In this document: positions 1 to 12,785 of the stretch, one piece after another | Numbering within the stretch: position 1 is the stretch's first letter | Layout: every line of letters begins with the position of its first letter | Source of the DNA: Camelus dromedarius | Lineage: Eukaryota | Assembly: GCF_036321535.1 (NCBI RefSeq) | Contig: NC_087436.1 | Coordinates: 108,812,001 to 108,876,000, forward strand | Direction of reading: 5' to 3' | Length of the DNA: 64,000 nucleotides | Translations under genes and position numbers: made by a program | Notes under the pieces: generated by a model | Told to the model about the DNA's origin: nothing | What the model saw: only the letters and a program-made list of their open reading frames with translations | Databases searched by the model: none

Positions 1-198
1 GCTGGTTTCTATTGGCAGGTTTAGTATGTTGGCACTTTGATGCAGCATACACTTACAGAGCATCCACTATTTGAAAAGTAATAGTGCCAGGAACAGGGAA
101 ACACTATAAATCACTGTGTCTGAAGGCTGACATCGTATAGAAATAAACAAACATGTACAAAAATCATTCGGACGCAATGAATACAAGTAAAGTGCTGT

Positions 199-435
199 GA
201 GAGGCAGCACTGGAGATGTATTAGGGTTAAGAAGAGTGATAACTCTAGGAACAGCTTATTTGGTTAAAATCCTGGTTCCGTGACTGACTAGCTATAGAAA
301 AGTTTGCTTACCCTTTCTGAGCTTCATTTTCCCACCTTCAAGGTGAAGATAATAGTAGCAAAAATTATATGTTTGTGTAGAAGATTAAGTGAGCGTGTGA
401 AGTGTTTACAGCAGTGACTGGCTAGTAAGTGCTGG
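199..435 (+). mobile_element. MIR SINE
   Basis: Degenerate MIR core: aaatcctggttccgtgactgactagct...ctttctgagcttcattttccc...gaagattaagtgag...tagtaagtgct. Confidence 0.7.
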
Positions 436-746
436 CTGCTGGTGCTATGTTTCTCCCCCTACTTGTGATGATCATGGAGCTACAGCCACAGGGATGAGGT
501 CGAATCTCACCAGGCACATTTCACAAAAAGGTAGTATTTCAGCAGGGCCCTTTGGAGAAGAATTATTTCACAAGAGGGAGAAAAAGCCGAAGGAGCAGGC
601 TAAATCAAGAGTAAGATGGTCAGAGTGAGAAGTAAGAGAGAGAAGCAGTCAGAAAAGGTGAGCTGGGACCAGAGTTTGAAGGTTCTTACAGCCAACACAA
701 GGCTGGTTCTCTGCAGTAAAGTGAGGCAGTGGGGAGTCAGCCAAGG

Positions 747-1453
747 TTTTTATTTATTTTTCTTTATTTCAGTTTCACTGAGTTATAATTGTACATATCA
801 AATTTCAAGATATTTAAAGTGTACATTGTGGGGATTTGATATTCGTATCCATTGTAATAGGAATCCTCCCATGTAATTAATCAGTACATCCATCACCTCA
901 CATATTTATCTTCTTTTTGCTGAGAATATTTAAGTTCTACTTTCTTCAAAAATTTCATTTATACAATACAGAGTTATCAGCTATAATCACCAAGTTCCAC
1001 ATTAGATCCTCAGATCTGATTCATCTTATAGCTGAAAGACTGTACACTTTTACCAACCTCTCCCTACTTCCCCCACACCCCAGACCCTGGCAACCACCTT
1101 TCTCCTCTCTGTCTGTGAGTTTGACTTTTTTCATATTCCACATTTAAGTGGTGCCAGGCAGTATTTGTCTTTCTCTGTCTGGCTTATTTCACTTAGCACA
1201 GTCCCTCAAAGTCCATCCCTATTGTCACAAATGGCAGGATTTCCTTTTTTCTGATGGCTGAAGAATATTTCATTGGATGTATATAACCACATCTTCTTTA
1301 TCCATCCATCCACTGATGGACACTTAGGTCGTTTCCATTTCTTGGCTATTGTGAATAATGCCTCATTAAACATGGGAGTGCAGGTGTCTCTTTGAGACCC
1401 TGTTTTCATTCCTTTTGGATGTAGACCCACCCAGAGGTGGGATTGCTAGATCA
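747..1453 (-). mobile_element. 5'-truncated L1 (end of ORF2, 3'UTR and A-tail), L1MA-like
   Basis: ORF 1206-1430(-) reads ...CTPMFNEALFTIAKKWKRPKCPSVDGWIKKMW..., the L1 ORF2 C-terminus. T-rich tail at 747-770. Confidence 0.93.
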
Positions 1454-1799
1454 AAATGAAAACTGATTCTTTGTCTTGATTAGGTTTTGAGATGACTAGA
1501 GCCAGCCAGTAGGCAAGGGAGCTGGGACACAAGTTCAACTTTAGCAGGGTCGGTGGTGAACTTGAAGTCAGAGGAAAGAACAGCAAGAGCTCAAAAGCAA
1601 CGTTTGAAGAGAAGACACAGACAAGTTCTCCACAATGTCAGCAAAAGCTAGTTTCTGAATCAAGGAACAACTAAACCTCAGGGTGAGAAAATATTACAAA
1701 AATAAATCAGGAACAGGTAAATTGCTGAAGGAGAGAAAAGAGAAAACAGGGAACTCAGTTGGGAAACTGCCTAAAAATCTTATGCAAGAAACAATATAA

Positions 1800-2020
1800 G
1801 CAGCTAGCTCTTACTGAGCACAACACGATTCTAAGCCTTCACAATTATTGTAAATATGTCATACAAGCTTATAAAGAAAGCACAGTTATAATCGCCGTTT
1901 AGGTGAGACAACCAAAAGACATTAAATCTCTAACCCAAGGTCTCACCGTTACTTAGTGTCTCAGGAGGGATTTGACCTTGAACAGTGTGATGCCAGAGCT
2001 TAGGGTCTTCACCACTAGAC
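1800..2020 (-). mobile_element. MIR SINE
   Basis: Reverse MIR pattern: ttactgagcac...aacccaaggtctcac...ggatttgaccttgaacagtgtgatgccagagc. Confidence 0.65.
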
Positions 2021-3189
2021 TCCCCTCCCTATAGGAGAGGACAGAGACCTGCACGTAAGGCAACAGTGGCGAGAGGGAAAGGACTGATTTGAAACCCAGG
2101 GTGAAGTTGTGACTGGAAACACTGGGAAACAGTTTTGGTACTAAGTCAAAGATAGGAAAAGGACGCAGCCATTCCACCGAAAGGACAATGGTGACATTAA
2201 GCAGGATAAGAAGCAGAGACGGCCATGAAAGCGAGCTAAGAAAAGATGGCAGTAGTTTTATTTCAGACACATTCGCTTAAAGTGTCCAAAGAAAACGAGC
2301 CATTCTTGAGAAAAGCTTTATTGTGGATGTGTTTTTTTCAGGTTACCTGTGTGATGAAGTCTTTTGTTTCTCATTTGATTTTTCCACTATTTTCTTTACT
2401 GTTAATTTGGGGCAAAAGAGGGTAGAGTGACGACTACCTATAAGACTACATCAAAATTTAGACAAACAGAAGTTTTCTTTTTTTATTAATGATTTTATGA
2501 TTGGTCACTCATGCCATTTCTAATAGGAGTCATAAATACCTATTTTCCATTTGCGTTGACCTTGAAGTAATGCACACAGTGCTGGTTTCTGTTGGTTTCC
2601 TGTAGACACTGAAATGGGAACCTAACGCTTCAAGCAGACTTAATTTTACACTCCACCAGGTCTATAAAATACAGAGCATTGCTATGTTATCTGCTTAGAT
2701 TGCAAGGTTAAAGTTTAACTTTCTTAGTTGCAAATTGCCTTCTTGCCAGGGGATACTATAGAGCAGCAAGTGTGATGGGCAAAAGTTTTGTTTTGTTTTG
2801 TATTTGTTTGTTTTTAGAAGCACTGACCCATCTCTGCTTGCAAGCTTTCAGAAAAGAAAAAAAAAAAAGAAAGAAAGAAAAACAGGTAGACAAGTTCTAG
2901 AGATGAACTGAAAGAGGAAGCTTTCATCTTTCTGCAAAACACTCTCATTGGAGACTTGGGTAGAACAGTTCCAAGTAGCTTGTAGTGTTCTCTGAATCTG
3001 CTTGGAGGTAGACATATTCTCCAGTAAGTGTTCTTGGAGGTAATAAAAATCACACTTAATTCATCTCAATGTCAGTGTAAAATTAACTCATGCTTTAGGT
3101 GAGCCAGTGTCAGAGGGATCGATGGCAAGACCATCATCATCCTCGTGGCAGAAAGCATGCACTGTGGGTTTTTGTGATGCGCCAGACCT

Positions 3190-3975
3190 TATTCCACTTA
3201 ATCTTCAGAGTTTTTGTTAGAATGCTATTATTATCTCCATTTCACAGCTGAGAGGACTGAGGATTTGAGGTTTCCAGTGACTTGAACTGAGGCAGGGAGT
3301 GACTAAACACCTTGCCTAAGGCTGTACAAGCATCAGAAAAGGAATTCAAACTCCAGAAAGGTAGTGACAGAGCCCTACTCCTGAAGATTCTAGAACAAAG
3401 CCTTGCTAGGAAGCATGAAATGACCATTCATAACCATAAGTGTTGTCTTTTACTGATCGGTTACTGCATATCAGTAAGTGATTCAAGCAATCTCTCAAAA
3501 CAATTTTATGAACTTGAAACAAATATTATCTCTAGTCAGAGATGTTTAAATTAAAGCTTTGGTGAGGTAAAACCCATTGTCCAGTGTCAGAACTGGGACA
3601 TAGACCCAGAAAAAAAAAAATGGAGATACTGAATAATTTCCTGGAATGAGTGACTCTAGGCACTGTTCTGCTTTATCATGTTAAGAGTGACAGTAGACAA
3701 TACTGTAGTTAATACTGGTACAAATAATGACCATAACACTATGATTGAGTGTTTACTGCGTGCCAGACACGTGCCATCTCATTTCATGCCCAGTCACCCT
3801 ATGCCACAATACTGGGTACAATTTCATACTCATTTTTATAGCAGTGAACATAGGGAGCACACAGGCAGAGAACGTTTTACTGACTTATCCTAGTCACACA
3901 GTAGATGTCCAACCGACATTTGGACAATGCAATCTAACTTTCCCTGAACCAAGAAAGTAGCTTAAACCCAGAAGG
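3190..3975 (-). mobile_element. Cluster of about three MIR fragments
   Basis: Repeated reverse MIR cores: attatctccatttcacagctgagaggactgagg; attgagtgtttactgcgtgccagacac...catttttatagcagtgaacatagggagcac. Confidence 0.6.
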
Positions 3976-4504
3976 AACATAACAAAACCCAGATCGCTGC
4001 TCAGTTTTCCTAATACCCTGTTTTAAACATGGTCAGGATGGATAAATGTTCCACAGCAGAATATTAGTCCATCTCTGCTTTTAGCTCAAAAACACCCCCC
4101 TCCCAATATACCACCAAGAATTTATTATCACTAAATTCACACAGATTACTTTTAATTCCCTAGGTAATGGATTCTATTTATTTACTGTCCACCTTCTAAA
4201 GCAACACATAATGTGGTGATATCTTATGAATCAGGCATTGTATTTAGCGTAAATAAAGGTTCCAAATGTTTATTCCCAATAGACTTTAGATGTAACACTT
4301 TAAAATTAAGAATCTTTTAGAAATGTATCACCTCTGTGTTAACATCTGAAGCAAAGTAAAATGATGAAAGCTTCTCCCTTAAAGATTAAAGAGCGACATT
4401 TGGTCACTGGCTCTTTTATTGTTATTATTAATTTGCTGTAATACGCTTCTGCTCCTTTTCAGCTTTATGTTCCCTCCTTTGTTCTCAGGTAATCAGCCAT
4501 CACT

Positions 4505-4725
4505 TCTAGACTTTACAGTCAGTGAACTTGGGTTTAAGTCCTAAATCTGTATCTTCCTATTTATTTGTCCTTCGTAATTTACAGCCTCCCTTCCAACACG
4601 GATTTCCTGGTCTGTAAAAGCAAGGTGACAGTGTCCGATCACAGAGTGATCGTGATGGTTAGCTCTAATAACAAACGTGAAAGTAACTTTGTTTACTACA
4701 AGGGGCGGCCAGCAGACGTCAGGTG
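4505..4725 (+). mobile_element. MIR SINE, degenerate
   Basis: gactttacagtcagtgaacttgggtttaagtcct...tttcctggtctgtaaaag. Confidence 0.55.
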
Positions 4726-4959
4726 CTAGTCCTGCGGCTCATTGGCTACTCCTAGTGTGCGTCCCTCCTCCCCCGGCCCACCTGCTCCCAGTGTGGAGTC
4801 AGAAGCTTATTAAAATGTGAATGCCATGAGGGTAGGGACACTCTTACTGATAAAGGACATTTTGCTACTAATTTTCGGCTTCTTGGTTGGGTCTATCATT
4901 TTTGGACATTTTGGGCCATCATTCTCCCTTATTTTCTATGGGAGACAGAACAGGAGAAC

Positions 4960-5180
4960 AGTTAATTTCGTAAACCCAGGAACCAGACTTCCCAGAGTTC
5001 ATACCCTGGCTTTGCTGCTTTGTGACCGACCACGGGGAAGTCACTTAATCTCTCTGTGCCAGCATCTGCACCCACAGAACAAGACAGAGCATCCACAGGA
5101 CACGAGTCGGGATTTTACCAGTTAGTGTATGTGAAGTGCTTGCATAGAACAAATGCTATAGAAAGTGGCTTGCTATTATA
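4960..5180 (+). mobile_element. MIR SINE
   Basis: ccagacttcccagagttcataccctggctttgc...aagtcacttaatctctctgtgcc...tatgtgaagtgctt. Confidence 0.65.
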
Positions 5181-8100
5181 TTAGATTTTTAGGGCAAACA
5201 GGAGACAGTCTATCGAAGTTCAAGAAAAACTCTTGTTAGAACATTTGGAATTGCATCAGCTATGACCGGCTATCTTCATCTCTGTCCATGTTTCACTGCT
5301 TTTTTATCTTCTCTTTGATCATTGTCCTTCTCAGCCGTTGACTTTCCTGACTAGAATGTCAACCTTTTTGGTCTGCCTTTATGTGAAAGTTCGATCATAT
5401 TCCTTGTTCCTTCTCCCCTTACCCTGGCATTTCTATTGTAGATTTTCTCTTTGTGTTTAATGGCCGGCAATTTAATTTTTATTTCCCTCATTTACCGAAA
5501 AGCAAGCTATACCCTACCACGTATGAAATAATAGCTTCTATCATAAGAGGCTATTCATGGCTTGCTGTAGTAATAATATAGTTCATGCTAACAACAAGCA
5601 TTCCAATTAGGTGATTATATTTTAAAATCTCAGCTTGTGTGAAGAGTTATTTATGTTTATAAATAAGGCAGAGACAATCTACTCACAAGTGGTGCGAGAA
5701 ATAGCTTCAGCAATTTTTCTCTGAGTAGTTATGTTTTATAAGTGATTGAATTCAATCATGAAATTGCAAAGCAATTCAAGTTCTGGAATGGAAATTGCAC
5801 TGTCATTGCCAACAACCACCTCTAACAGAAGACATTCAAAGTAATTGTCCGTTTTCAAGGTACTTTTCATTTTCCTGCTGCTATATGTACAATAAATAGG
5901 ATAAAGTACTACCAATAAAGGGCTTTGGGGTCCTAACATGATTTCAGGGCCAGAGTTGAAGAAAGACGTCTGACTAACAAACATTTGGAGGCTCCAGTGG
6001 TTCAGAGTGGTCTGGGAAGAGCTGGGACTCCCGCAAGGCTTCAGATGGGTTGACTGCTTTCTGTTCGTGGGCTGTGCGTGATCAGCTTGGAGTTAATAGT
6101 TCACATACTCTCCTTGTGCACCTGAGAACAGCTCCTGGTGGACGGTGGGTGGGTGGGTGGTTGTGAAGACAGGAGGCGTCAACAGGGCTCCCAGGACTTC
6201 GCATTCTTGGACTGAACATTTAAATTTGGCAAAATTTGAAAAGTTGCTTGCAGGGCTTGGCCCAAGTTTCAACTCTCCACCCAGAGAAGTCAAATGATAA
6301 AGCAAGAAGGAAGACAGGTTGGTGTCAGCTCCCGGCTCCCCCATGATCCACTGTGCAGTTGTGCAAACTTGAGCAAATTCCTTAACCCTAAAAACCAGTT
6401 TCCTCAGCTGGTTATAATTCCAACCACTTTGAGCATCGGGAAGGGTGGGACTAAGAAACAGAGTTTTCTGAGTAGATGGTGTCTTAGCCAGGCCTGTCCA
6501 AGCTTTCAGAAAAGAGAAGGAAAGGGGAAGAAGAAATTCCATAGGTGTCATGAAAAATAGCTTTGGAAATCTCCTTCCAGGCAGCTTTATCTTTGTCATG
6601 ATGTGTTACACTTAAGTATTAAACAGACAGTAGCATCTCCTCCTTGTTGCAGAAGTTCTCAGGAGTAATTTCCAACACTATAGCCGAGAGTCTTCCATCA
6701 TCACTTAGTGTAAAGCTAAAACCTGGAGCAAAATTTGTCAGCTCCTCTTCTAATACCTGTCACTGGGCTAAGCTTCTACATATTTAACCATGTGTGTCAT
6801 TAGAAGGTAATCATCCTCATCGTGATGTTATTGCCATGCAGATCAAGTCACTAGTAATCCAACTGAATTTGGGGTAAACATTAGAAGTCAAGACACAGAA
6901 AGTATTTTTATAAATGAGATAAAGCAATATAAGTCAAGCCAGCTGAATCTTTGGCTAGACAAATCAATTTCAGCTCCAACAGAATTTTTAAGTCATAGGA
7001 TTTATGATTTTTTATGAAGAAAATGTATAATATTTTTAAAGAACGATCACGCTGTACTGAGACATGGACCTCTTGTAGACAGACCCAAGACGACGGGGAT
7101 GCTTCCATTAGTTAGTCACTGATTTCACATCTTTTTTAATTGAGCACATTTAGTGTGCCAAATTCAATGCTGTTGGGCCGAGCTAGCCAGTAGTCTGGCA
7201 GGCCCCAGGCAGAAGAACGTGGCTGCAGTCTCACAATGTCCCCTGCTATGATAAGGCAGGGACTCATCTCTGAACCCGCTTCCTGAAAAGAGTGACAGTA
7301 TTCTTCAGAAAACAGTTGTATTGCAGTATTACAGGCCTTGTTTCCAAGTTTGCGTCTTAGGAAGGCAGGCCTCACTCTCATCTGTGTAAAGCAAGGTGTT
7401 CTGCACTTCTGTTCTAGGGGATATGATTTGACCTCAGACAGAGTTCAATTTGCATTATTTTGAGTTAGGCTGTAATAAGCTTCTACTGTATTTTAAGAGA
7501 AGTTGGGAGATGTGAGAGAAAGGTGCCTATTTTTAAAACGCATTCTGTCATTCCCAGGTGATTTGAATTCCAATTTCTAGCCCAACTGTGTCATGGCCTG
7601 AGGGGACTGTTGACTCAGACAGAGGACATCCTTGGCCCTGAGAGACTGAGATCTAAGGAACAAAGAATAAAAAGAGACAGTCAGGAAGCTCAAGGGTGTC
7701 TGGGTTTTGCAATTTGTCATCTGATTAAAATGAAATCTGTTAGAAGACACATGAATTAAAATACTAGTTGTATTTAGTTTGTCTCAGAATGCAAAAAAAG
7801 TAGCATTGGATGAGCAGTGCTATTCCAGGAGCAGGACACCTGCGTAGTTAGTTGCATGTGGACAGAGCCCTGAAGATGATCCAGGAGGTCAGAGTGCCAC
7901 CTGGTTCTGTTTTTAATCCTACTTAGCCTTGAGGAACCCAAATTTCTCAGTGGTGAAAGGCAGAAAAGCCAACAACTCCAGCAACTTTTCGTGTTCTCTC
8001 CAGCTCTGTGAACCCATCACTTCCAAACCTTATTCTGCATATTTCTAATCAGTACCTCGTTGACCGCCACCATAGCGATCTCAAAGCCCCCAGGCACATT

Positions 8101-8185
8101 TCTCCAGAGCAGGGGCGTATTCAATGGCTGCCTGGTTTGTGATTTAAAATATTTTGTCTCCCAAATCTCTTAAAACATCCTATTG

Positions 8186-8370
8186 ATTAAGCTCATGATT
8201 TTTGATATTAAAAAACCAGAAATCAAATTCCAGCTCTGTCACTTACTAGCTTTGTGACCTTGAGTAAGTTATTTACACTCTGTGAGTCCCAGTTTATTCC
8301 TTGTAAAATAAAGGCAATAATACATATCTCACAGGATTTTTGTCAGTATTAGAATGAGATAATATACAGT
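8186..8370 (+). mobile_element. MIR SINE
   Basis: tcaaattccagctctgtcacttactagctttgtgaccttgagtaagttattta...tgtaaaataaagg closely matches the MIR core. Confidence 0.85.
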
Positions 8371-8439
8371 CAGGCTTAGAGCAAAATCTCTGTAGAGGTT
8401 GGAGGGTTTTATTAACAATTTCAGCAGGATGTTTAGAAA

Positions 8440-8645
8440 GTTGGGTTTTAGGGTGCCAGAGAGAGCTGCCTGCTTCATTACTAACTAGTCATCTGAGCTT
8501 GAACAAGTTACTTGGATTCTCCAAGTCTCAGTTTTCTCATCTTTGAAAGGGGATGATAACCGCTGTCTTGAAAGGCATTGTGAAGATGAAAGGATGTGAT
8601 TGGCTAGCAGGCTTCTCAGCGCTTGCTGGGCCAACTGTGAATAGC
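8440..8645 (+). mobile_element. MIR SINE
   Basis: ttgaacaagttacttggattctccaagtctcagttttctcatctttgaaaggggatgataa. Confidence 0.75.
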
Positions 8646-8692
8646 GAGACCTGCTTTTACTGGTGTTACACGTCTTTTGAATATAGGTGCAA

Positions 8693-9074
8693 GGATTAGT
8701 CAGCTCAGGCTGCCATAAAAAATGCCACAGACTGGATGGCTGAAACAATAGAAATTTATTTCTCACAATTCTGGAGGCTGGAAGTCCAAGCTCAGGGTTC
8801 CGTCTGAGTTGGTTTCTCATAAGACCTCTTTCCTTGGTTTGCAGATGATTGCCTTCTTGCGGTGTCCTCACATGGCCTCTCCTCTGCCCCTGTGTGTCCC
8901 AGGGGCCTCTCTCTCTTCTTATAAAGACACCATTTGTATTGGATTAGGATCCCACCCTTACAACCTTATTTAACTTTAATTGTCTTCTTAAAGGTCACAT
9001 CTCCAAATTCAGTCATATTGGGAGTTAGGCCTTCAACAAAAAAATTTTAGGGGGACATAATTCAACTTATAACA
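8693..9074 (-). mobile_element. MaLR solo LTR, MLT1A-like
   Basis: Near full length: attagtcagctcaggctgccataa...gaaatttatttctcacaattctggaggctggaagtccaag...tcttcttataaagacacc...gggggacataattcaacttataaca. Confidence 0.88.
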
Positions 9075-9239
9075 AGGCCAGAAGTCAGATTGCAGTAGAT
9101 TAAAAAGAGAACAGGAGGTAGGAAATGGACCCAGCAGATATAGTCAGCTTCTCTGAGACGTTTGACAGTGCAAGAGAAGAGAGGAGATAAAAATGTTATT
9201 TTCAATCTTTGTTATTTCTGTTAGTACTGAGAGTTTGGC

Positions 9240-9485
9240 AGAGTAGGAAAACACATGAAGTTTGGCATCAAAGACTCGAGTATAAATTCAGCCTCTGTTT
9301 TCTCCGCTATGTGACACCTGGCCACTCATTCCTTCACCTCTGTAAGATACTCAGTATCCATATATGAAAAAAATGGACAATTACATCTCATTGTAGATTT
9401 ATTGTGAAGATTAGAATTATATCAGTAGTGCACCCAGCCTATCTCCTGGCATATTGCAGGAATTTAATAAATGTTAAGCACTGTA
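9240..9485 (+). mobile_element. MIR SINE
   Basis: tttggcatcaaagactcgagtataaattcagcctctg...ttattgtgaagattaga...cctggcatattgcaggaatttaataaatgtta. Confidence 0.65.
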
Positions 9486-10269
9486 TTAAAAGAAAAAAAA
9501 AAACACCCCAAAGTGCACACTTTTAAGTGGTGGCGGAGTCCCATCATGAATTTCGCATCCTCTGCAGAATCCTGCTGTGCTCTCAGGCTTTCCCTCCAGG
9601 ATCGGAGTCCTGATTGCGTTAGGTGGTGTTTCTTTTTTAAACTTATATGCTGGTGATTGCTGATGATTTCAGGTATGTTTTTAGAGCTTGTCAGCCTTCT
9701 AGAAATAGAAACAGCCCTTGGAAAGGTAGGAATCATTAAGAAGTAAGATACCAGTCAGCTAGGAAAACAAGAGAGTCCCCAGGCAGACACTTGAAGGATG
9801 GTGCTTTGAAAATCGCATGTGATGCTCATTCTATCGCACATTCTTGATACAATCACACTGACCCTCCGGCCCTGGGTCTTTTGTCTCAGTCTTAGCGTCT
9901 GCAAGTCTGCAGTAGTTGGAGGGGGAAACTGGGTTGGTAGGTTCAGGCTGCTGTGTGGTTACAAAGGCTGAGCAATTCAGATGCTGTTTTGTTTCTTAGC
10001 AGTGGACGGGTCATTAGGTCTAGTGGAGGTTATGCTGTGATTGAAAAAATGCTCAGAAAATCTCACTAAAATTCCCTTTACTTTTGTCTATGCTGTGTTT
10101 CTCGGAACAAGGCATAGAGAACACTGTGATACCAAAGACGGCGTTATTCAAGGTCCATCAATGGTCCACAAACCTCAGTTTGAGAAATAATTTTCTATTC
10201 TGCAGCTAAGGTTTCCGGGGCTCCAGAGGCAGGGGGACTTCGGCAGCAACGTCGCTTGTTTATTGACTC

Positions 10270-10620
10270 ATGTCTTCATTCATTCCCCAGTTAATTCTTG
10301 AGCAACTGTGGGGTATGAGGCGCTATGTTAGGTCCAGAGGACGTACAGACCTGTAGGACTTTGCCCATCTTCATGGAACTCACAATGGGGAAGACAGGCC
10401 TGAACAGATCATAACATAATTAATGATTTACAGGCTAGCTGAGAAGTAGGGGGGGTGTGAGAACTCTGACTGGGGGCCCATCAGTAGCTCTGCATGGTGG
10501 GGCAACTGGAAAGGCTTCAGACAGAAGGCAGGAGTATTTGAATCAGATCATAAAAGACAGGTGTATTTCAACAAGAGGAAAAAAGGAAAGAGAATATTTT
10601 AAGTTGAGGAAATTATACTG
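10270..10620 (-). mobile_element. L2 3' end fragment
   Basis: ttcattcatt...ttcttgagcaactg...gcgctatgttagg...catggaactcacaatggggaagacag is the reversed L2 3' end. Confidence 0.7.
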
Positions 10621-11739
10621 TAACTGATTCAAAAAGAAGCTCAATCAAGATGCTCTGCAAGAAAGTAGTCTTTCCCTCCATCGTAGTCTATTTCTATCAG
10701 GTCAGTCCCATGGCATTTATTTCTGCACCAGCAACTACAACAAATAACTTCAACACAGCCCAGTGCACTGGATCGACAGAAATCTTAGGGACGCCATTTT
10801 CCTTCATCCTCTCAAGCTCAGGACCCATTGAATAGAGTCAACCCATTCATTCCAGTGAACAAAAAATAAAATGGGTGAAACTCCATTTTAGCTTTTTCAA
10901 TTCTCCCCGTGAAGCGCAGCCCGAGGTCAGTTTGTTAACGCCAAGCTGCCTTTTCTCGGCTACTTCCAGCCCTTTGCACGTCCTTTAGATACAGACCCCA
11001 CTTAGTTCCTTGTCGCTTTTATCCTTGTCAGCTCTGAGCTCATCCTTGGCCTGCCCGTCTTCTCATGGCCCTTTTATTATCCTTATCCGCCCATCACTAT
11101 TCTGCAGCTTTTCTGGATCACTGTTCCAAAATAAACTATTATAATATGAAAAGTACAAAACAAATGTTTGCTTTTATATCCTCTTCCTCACTTTGACAAA
11201 TACAACCTTTCCCAGTATTTATTTCATCGTCATTAGTGGTCTTTTATAAACTCCTGAGGGAATTAAGACACACCGAAATCAGGATTCCACTGACCTTTCT
11301 TCTCTGCAAAGCCAGCGCTCGGGCCCCTCCCTGCACTCAGTGTGTCAGGGCAGTAAGTAGGTACCGATGTTAGCGAGAGGCAGCATTATTAAATATCAAA
11401 AAGGATGTGACTTTTGTGGTCCAAAAAGACTACATTTCCACTGACATCTGAGACGTGGAATGGAGAGTGCATGACCCTGGGGCCAGAGTCGATGAGAAGA
11501 TGTTCTCATGAGTCTTACCCATCTGAGTTGGGATGTAGTGGAGGGAAGCCAAGGTTTTAGTACTGAGCCTGGATGTTTCTGTTCCTGATAAGTTCCTTGG
11601 CTGAAGTGTGGACTGGACTGTGGCAGGAAGATTCCCTTAGGCCTCCATTGGGTCCCCGTGCAAAGCAGCTGAAATTAGCAGCTGAAATTACAAAAGCAGC
11701 TTAAGGATGCTGTTCTTTGAGATCTGGGCACCCAGAACC

Positions 11740-12020
11740 TCATATATCCCAATACATCCCAAGCTGCATTCTGCAGGGCCCTGGGGCATATATGAAGATG
11801 TTACCTGATGTTACTTCTGGGGAGAAAGGGTTCTGTGGACAAATCTCCTTTGGGGCCAGTTAGGTTGGACAGAATTCTTTGTTGCAAATCCTGTCAAAAC
11901 CTTTATATTCCAGTGTTTTGCTCCCAAACTACATTGAACTCTCAGTATTTCTCAAATTTACATGGACACAAAATTCTTTTTTATTTTTATTTTTTTTGCA
12001 TAGAGCATCTTTGAGAAATT
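11740..12020. mobile_element. Probable old hAT-Charlie non-autonomous DNA transposon remnant
   Basis: agaaagggttctgtggacaaat...cagtatttctcaaatttacatggacacaaaattc...tttgagaaa resembles Charlie-derived MITE motifs. Family uncertain. Confidence 0.4.
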
Positions 12021-12620
12021 ATAGCATAAATATAATTCACAAAGCAAGTACAATATTTTAGCATTTATCCGTAGTTGTGGATTCCCTTATCTGCAAAATA
12101 GGTTCTATCCGGAAGTCCCTTCAGGCCCCAGTCCATGCGATGTGCACCCCTGAAGCCTGGATTTATGCCGAACGGGCAGCCGATGACTTCAGGCATTTCA
12201 GCACCTGGTGTGATTGCTTTATTTGTAGCTCCAGGTGAAAGATTTGATTTCAGTGGAATCTCTAGAGTGTATTAGAGGAGTCCTATCTCATAGGTGCGTG
12301 ATACAAGAGTGATACTGATCACAATTAAACTAAAATTCCACTTTTATAACTAGTCCTTGATACATACACACATTTGAGGTTTTAAGATTGTTCATGATTT
12401 TTATGCTTTCAAACTGTACTGTAAAATGTTCATATGGTTAATGTCTAAGACTAGAGCATATGAAAAAATATTATGTAGAATTAGCTTAATACTGTAAACT
12501 CTGGGAAATGTAAAGACTGTTATTGGCAGTGTGAGAATCCTTCCTCTGGAGAAAGCACAGGCCTTCAGTAAACATTCCCTTCCGTTTTCTGTGTTACTGT
12601 GTATCTGGATTGGTGAGTGG

Positions 12621-12654
12621 TGACTGTCCTTAAGACTTTGCCTTCCCTCCGCAG
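12621..12654 (+). promoter_or_regulatory. KCNIP4: 3' splice site of the KCNIP4 exon (branch region, pyrimidine tract, CAG)
   Basis: tgactgtccttaagactttgccttccctccgcag lies directly before the coding exon. Confidence 0.9.
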
Positions 12655-12779
12655 ACAGCGTGGAAGATGAACTGGAGATGGCCACCGTCAGGCATCGGCC
12701 CGAGGCTCTCGAGCTGCTGGAAGCCCAGAGCAAATTCACCAAGAAGGAGCTCCAGATTCTTTACAGAGGATTTAAGAAT
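12655..12779 (+). CDS. KCNIP4: Internal coding exon of Kv channel-interacting protein 4 (KChIP4), first shared core exon; 125 nt, phase 1 start, phase 0 end
   Basis: Translates as (G|AC=D)[41 protein letters not shown], which I recognise as KChIP4. It is bounded by the acceptor ccttccctccgcAG (AG 12653-12654) and the donor AAT|GTAAGA (GT 12780-12781). Not listed in the ORF track. Confidence 0.97.
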
Positions 12780-12785
12780 GTAAGA
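12777..12785 (+). promoter_or_regulatory. KCNIP4: 5' splice site AAT|GTAAGA
   Basis: GT follows the Asn codon at the known KChIP exon boundary (FKN|ECPSG). The intronic side matches GTAAG; the exonic side (AAT) is non-consensus. Confidence 0.9.

Noticed and set aside
1206..1430. ORF with real protein similarity
   Set aside because: It is the L1 ORF2 C-terminus of a truncated dead copy, not a host gene.
6093..6599. 168-aa minus-strand ORF
   Set aside because: Runs through MIR-like fragments, with no homology I can recognise.
12197..12205. TTCAGCACC REST left half-site upstream of the exon
   Set aside because: No GGACAG half-site follows, and an isolated 9-mer is weak evidence.
12401..12742. 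113-aa minus-strand ORF overlapping the exon
   Set aside because: Antisense shadow of the KCNIP4 exon, with no recognisable protein features.
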